In this document: positions 61,576-64,000 of the stretch, in pieces
Numbering within the stretch: position 1 is the first letter of the stretch
How the letters are laid out: every line of letters starts with the position of its first letter
Assembly (NCBI RefSeq): GCF_964188315.1
Contig: NC_135667.1
Coordinates: 16,492,001 to 16,556,000 of the forward strand
DNA length: 64,000 nt
From: Podarcis muralis
Taxonomy: Eukaryota
Direction of reading: 5' to 3'
Position numbers and translations under genes: made by a program
The notes under the pieces: model-generated
Told to the model about the DNA's origin: nothing
The model's database searches: none
Seen by the model: only the letters and a program-made list of their open reading frames with translations

Positions 61576-63528
61576 ATGAAGTTCTGGGTGACTGGTTTGG
61601 GTCTTGCCTTCCTCTACGCTGCCCATGCTACGCGTTATGACTTTAAAAAGTGTGACCCAAATAAGGTAACCACCAGCTCTGGTCTTCTGTCGAGCTCCAA
61701 CCGAGCACCGTGGCGGGACAACCCCAGGGAGGGGAGACACCATTTGGGGAAGAATTTTGCAATGTCAGATTGCCCATTCCTCAATGGACATTTGTTCCTG
61801 TACATTTGTTTCCTGCTTGGCAGGGGGTTGGACTCGATGGCCCTTGTGGTCTATTCCAACTCTTCTATGATTCTATGAAATAGAAAATGTCCCAGGTCCA
61901 TTGGGGTCTTTGGAGGGCGTGCACCGTGATGTGTGCACTTGGCCATTTCTGCTTACCATCTGCATGGACAGGAACTCTTCATAATCTCCAGATAAGTCCC
62001 ATTATTGGAAGGGAACACTTGTACCAGGTAGGCAGTCAGGAATTTCTGCTTGGAGCCCCAGTGTTTTGCTGCACCTTCTGAAAGGGCCGCTTGTTTTTTG
62101 TCTTCAGAAATTCCCAAAGACCTGGTACACACAGATCTTCGCCACTAACAGCACCCTGCTTTCCGACTATTTAGATGGAATGAGCATGGTGGCTGCCAAC
62201 TTAACAATCACGAAGGGTGGAAACTTCAATGTCTCTTCCACTTTGCCAACGTAAGTTTGCCTGTTTTTGCTGAGCTGTTGTAGCATCGCCCACAGACGGA
62301 AGAAAACCCTGGGATGTGGTTGCTCTGGTGAGTTCTTTTGCTCACCATCAGGTAGAATTTCTGAATTTGAACATGTGAATTTGAAGATTTCCCCATTGTG
62401 GTTTTGAGAGATGAGACAAAATTAGAGCAGCACTATGTATGCACTGAGCAAGTTTTAATTTGAATCTATGGTTATGCATCTACTGACCATGGAGAAGAGG
62501 GCTACTGGTGGCTGCTAACTATGCTTCCAAACACCAATTGCCGGAAATCACAGGAGAGGAAAGTTGCTTTCGGGCTTGAATCCTGCTTGCTGGTTTAACA
62601 TGGGCATCTGGTCGGGCACTGTGAAAACAGGACGCTGGACTAGATGGGCCATTGACCTGATCCAGAAGGCTCTTTTTACATCCTTATTAAATCACAGAGC
62701 CTAGGACTTGCCGATCAGAAGGTCGGCGGTTCGAATCCCCACGACGGGGTGAGCGCCTGTTGCTCGGTCCCTGCTCCTGCCCACCTAGCAGTTCGAAAGC
62801 ACGTCAAAGTGCAAGTAGATAAATAGGTACCGCTCCAGCGGGAAGGTAAACGGCGTTTCCGTGCGCTGCTCTGGTTCGCCAGAAGCGGCTTCGTCATGCT
62901 GGCCACATGTCCCGGAAGCTGTACGCCGGCTCCCTTGGCCAATAAAGCGAGATGAGCGCCGCAACCCCAGAGTTGGTCACGACTGGACCTAATGGTCAGG
63001 GGTCCCTTTACCTTACTATGTTAGAATCATAGAATTGTAGTGTTGGAAGGGGGCCACGGGTCATCTGGTCTAACCCCCCAGCAACGCAAATTCGGATTTG
63101 CGATGACCTTGAGTTGGACGGCCACTTTCCGAGCCAAAGGTGAAAAAATCTCTGTGACATTCCTTCCAAGATTTCCCCCTGGGAAAATAGGGACGTCCTC
63201 TTCCATCCCCTTCAACATTTCTCTGATGACCTAGGGACATGCTATTGAAAGGAAAAGTGGGACATTCTGGGATCAAATCAGAAACCTGGATGGCTTCTGT
63301 AATTCCAGGACTGCCTCTGGAAAATTGGGACGTTTGGAGGGTCTGAGGCTGGCCTGATTCAGCCAGACGTTTCTGATGTCCTTACCAAGTCCAACGCCTC
63401 AGATTTCACAACTGCTCCTCGTGACCTGACCCCTTTCCTCCTTGTCTCCTTTCACAGGCCCTACGGCTGTCTCAAAATGGATATGGCCTTTACTCTAGGG
63501 GGAGATGGAAAGTATACCTGCAATAGCG
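61576..63528 (+). CDS. Secreted lipocalin-family protein, first three coding exons; gene continues beyond the window
   Basis: Exons at 61576-61665 (MKFWVTGLGLAFLYAAHATRYDFKKCDPNK, signal peptide), 62108-62250 (KFPKTWYTQIFATNS...NFNVSSTLPT) and 63458-63528 (PYGCLKMDMAFTLGGDGKYTCNS). Intron phases 0,2,1 and exon sizes match the canonical lipocalin gene architecture. SCR1-like F-x-x-x-W-Y is present. Confidence 0.8.
62693..63013 (+). mobile_element. Sauria SINE (slightly 5'-truncated) in lipocalin intron 2
   Basis: Sauria core and tail. Confidence 0.9.
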
Positions 63529-63691
63529 GTCTGTATGAGCGAAATCTCGTTCAGTTTTAACCTGTTACAGCTATTCACCCTGCATCCCTAAGCAGTCTGA
63601 GAAGCCCCAGGGGGCAGACCCAAGTTGGGCTCTCTCTGGAAGGGAAGAGGATGGGAAACGTGAGGCGTTTCTGTAATATTTAAGTCAATTT

Positions 63692-64000
63692 CATAGAATC
63701 ATAGAATCATAGAGTTGGAAGAGACCACAAGGGCCATCGAGTCCAACCCCCTGCCGAGCACTCCTGACATATGGTTGTCAAGCCTCTGCTTAAAGACCTC
63801 CAAAGACGGAGACTCCACCACACTCCTTGGCAGCAAATTCCACTGTCGAACAGCTCTTACTGTCAGGAAGTTCTTCCTAATGTTTAGGTGGAATCTTCTT
63901 TCTTGTAGTTTGGATCCATTGCTCCGTGTTCGCTTCTCTGGAGCAGCAGAAAACAACCTTTCTCCCTCCTCTATGTGACATCCTTTTATATATTTGAACA
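63692..64000 (-). mobile_element. CR1 LINE 3' fragment running off the window end
   Basis: ORF RTRSNGSKLQERRFHLNIRKNFLTVRAVRQWNLLPRSVVESPSLEVFKQRLD and (ATTCTATG)n tail. Short CR1 tails also occur at ~47700-47780, 61815-61878 and 63020-63085. Confidence 0.92.

Noticed and set aside
34000-64000. Claudin genes (CLDN6/CLDN9) expected from human synteny
   Set aside because: No ORF with the claudin W-GLW-C-C signature was found; the only tetraspan ORF is connexin-like.
1-64000. CRISPR arrays, rRNA or intact tRNA genes
   Set aside because: This is eukaryotic sequence. The tandem repeats lack unique spacers, and the tRNA-like segments are SINE heads.

Overview
This is vertebrate genomic DNA, almost certainly a lacertid-type squamate lizard, judged from Sauria SINEs, BovB, CR1, L2, L1 and Penelope fragments, Tc1/pogo MITEs and solo LTRs. 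I assembled six protein-coding genes by hand from splice signals and reading-frame phase. (1) The 3' half of THOC6 (+, to 4889). (2) A six-exon, ~497-aa Mab-21/cGAS-like (MAB21L3-like) gene whose nucleotidyltransferase triad is degenerate (-, 5834-10041). (3) A ZG16-like jacalin lectin lacking the canonical mannose-binding Asp (-, 11508-13946). (4) TNFRSF12A/Fn14 (-, 29611-33505). (5) A highly divergent single-exon connexin with altered extracellular Cys spacing, an N-glycosylation sequon in loop 1 and loss of the conserved DEQ/R/R network (+, 50650-51423). (6) The first three exons of a secreted lipocalin (+, from 61576). THOC6 and TNFRSF12A recall human 16p13.3. The Mab-21-like, connexin-like and lipocalin genes are not known to me from that mammalian interval. 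Other notable items are a minimal hammerhead ribozyme in a Penelope insertion, a fold-back BovB dimer, octamer-bearing solo LTRs, a young MITE carrying a GC-rich minisatellite, and probably overlapping convergent 3' UTRs. No database searches were run; family assignments come from recalled motifs.
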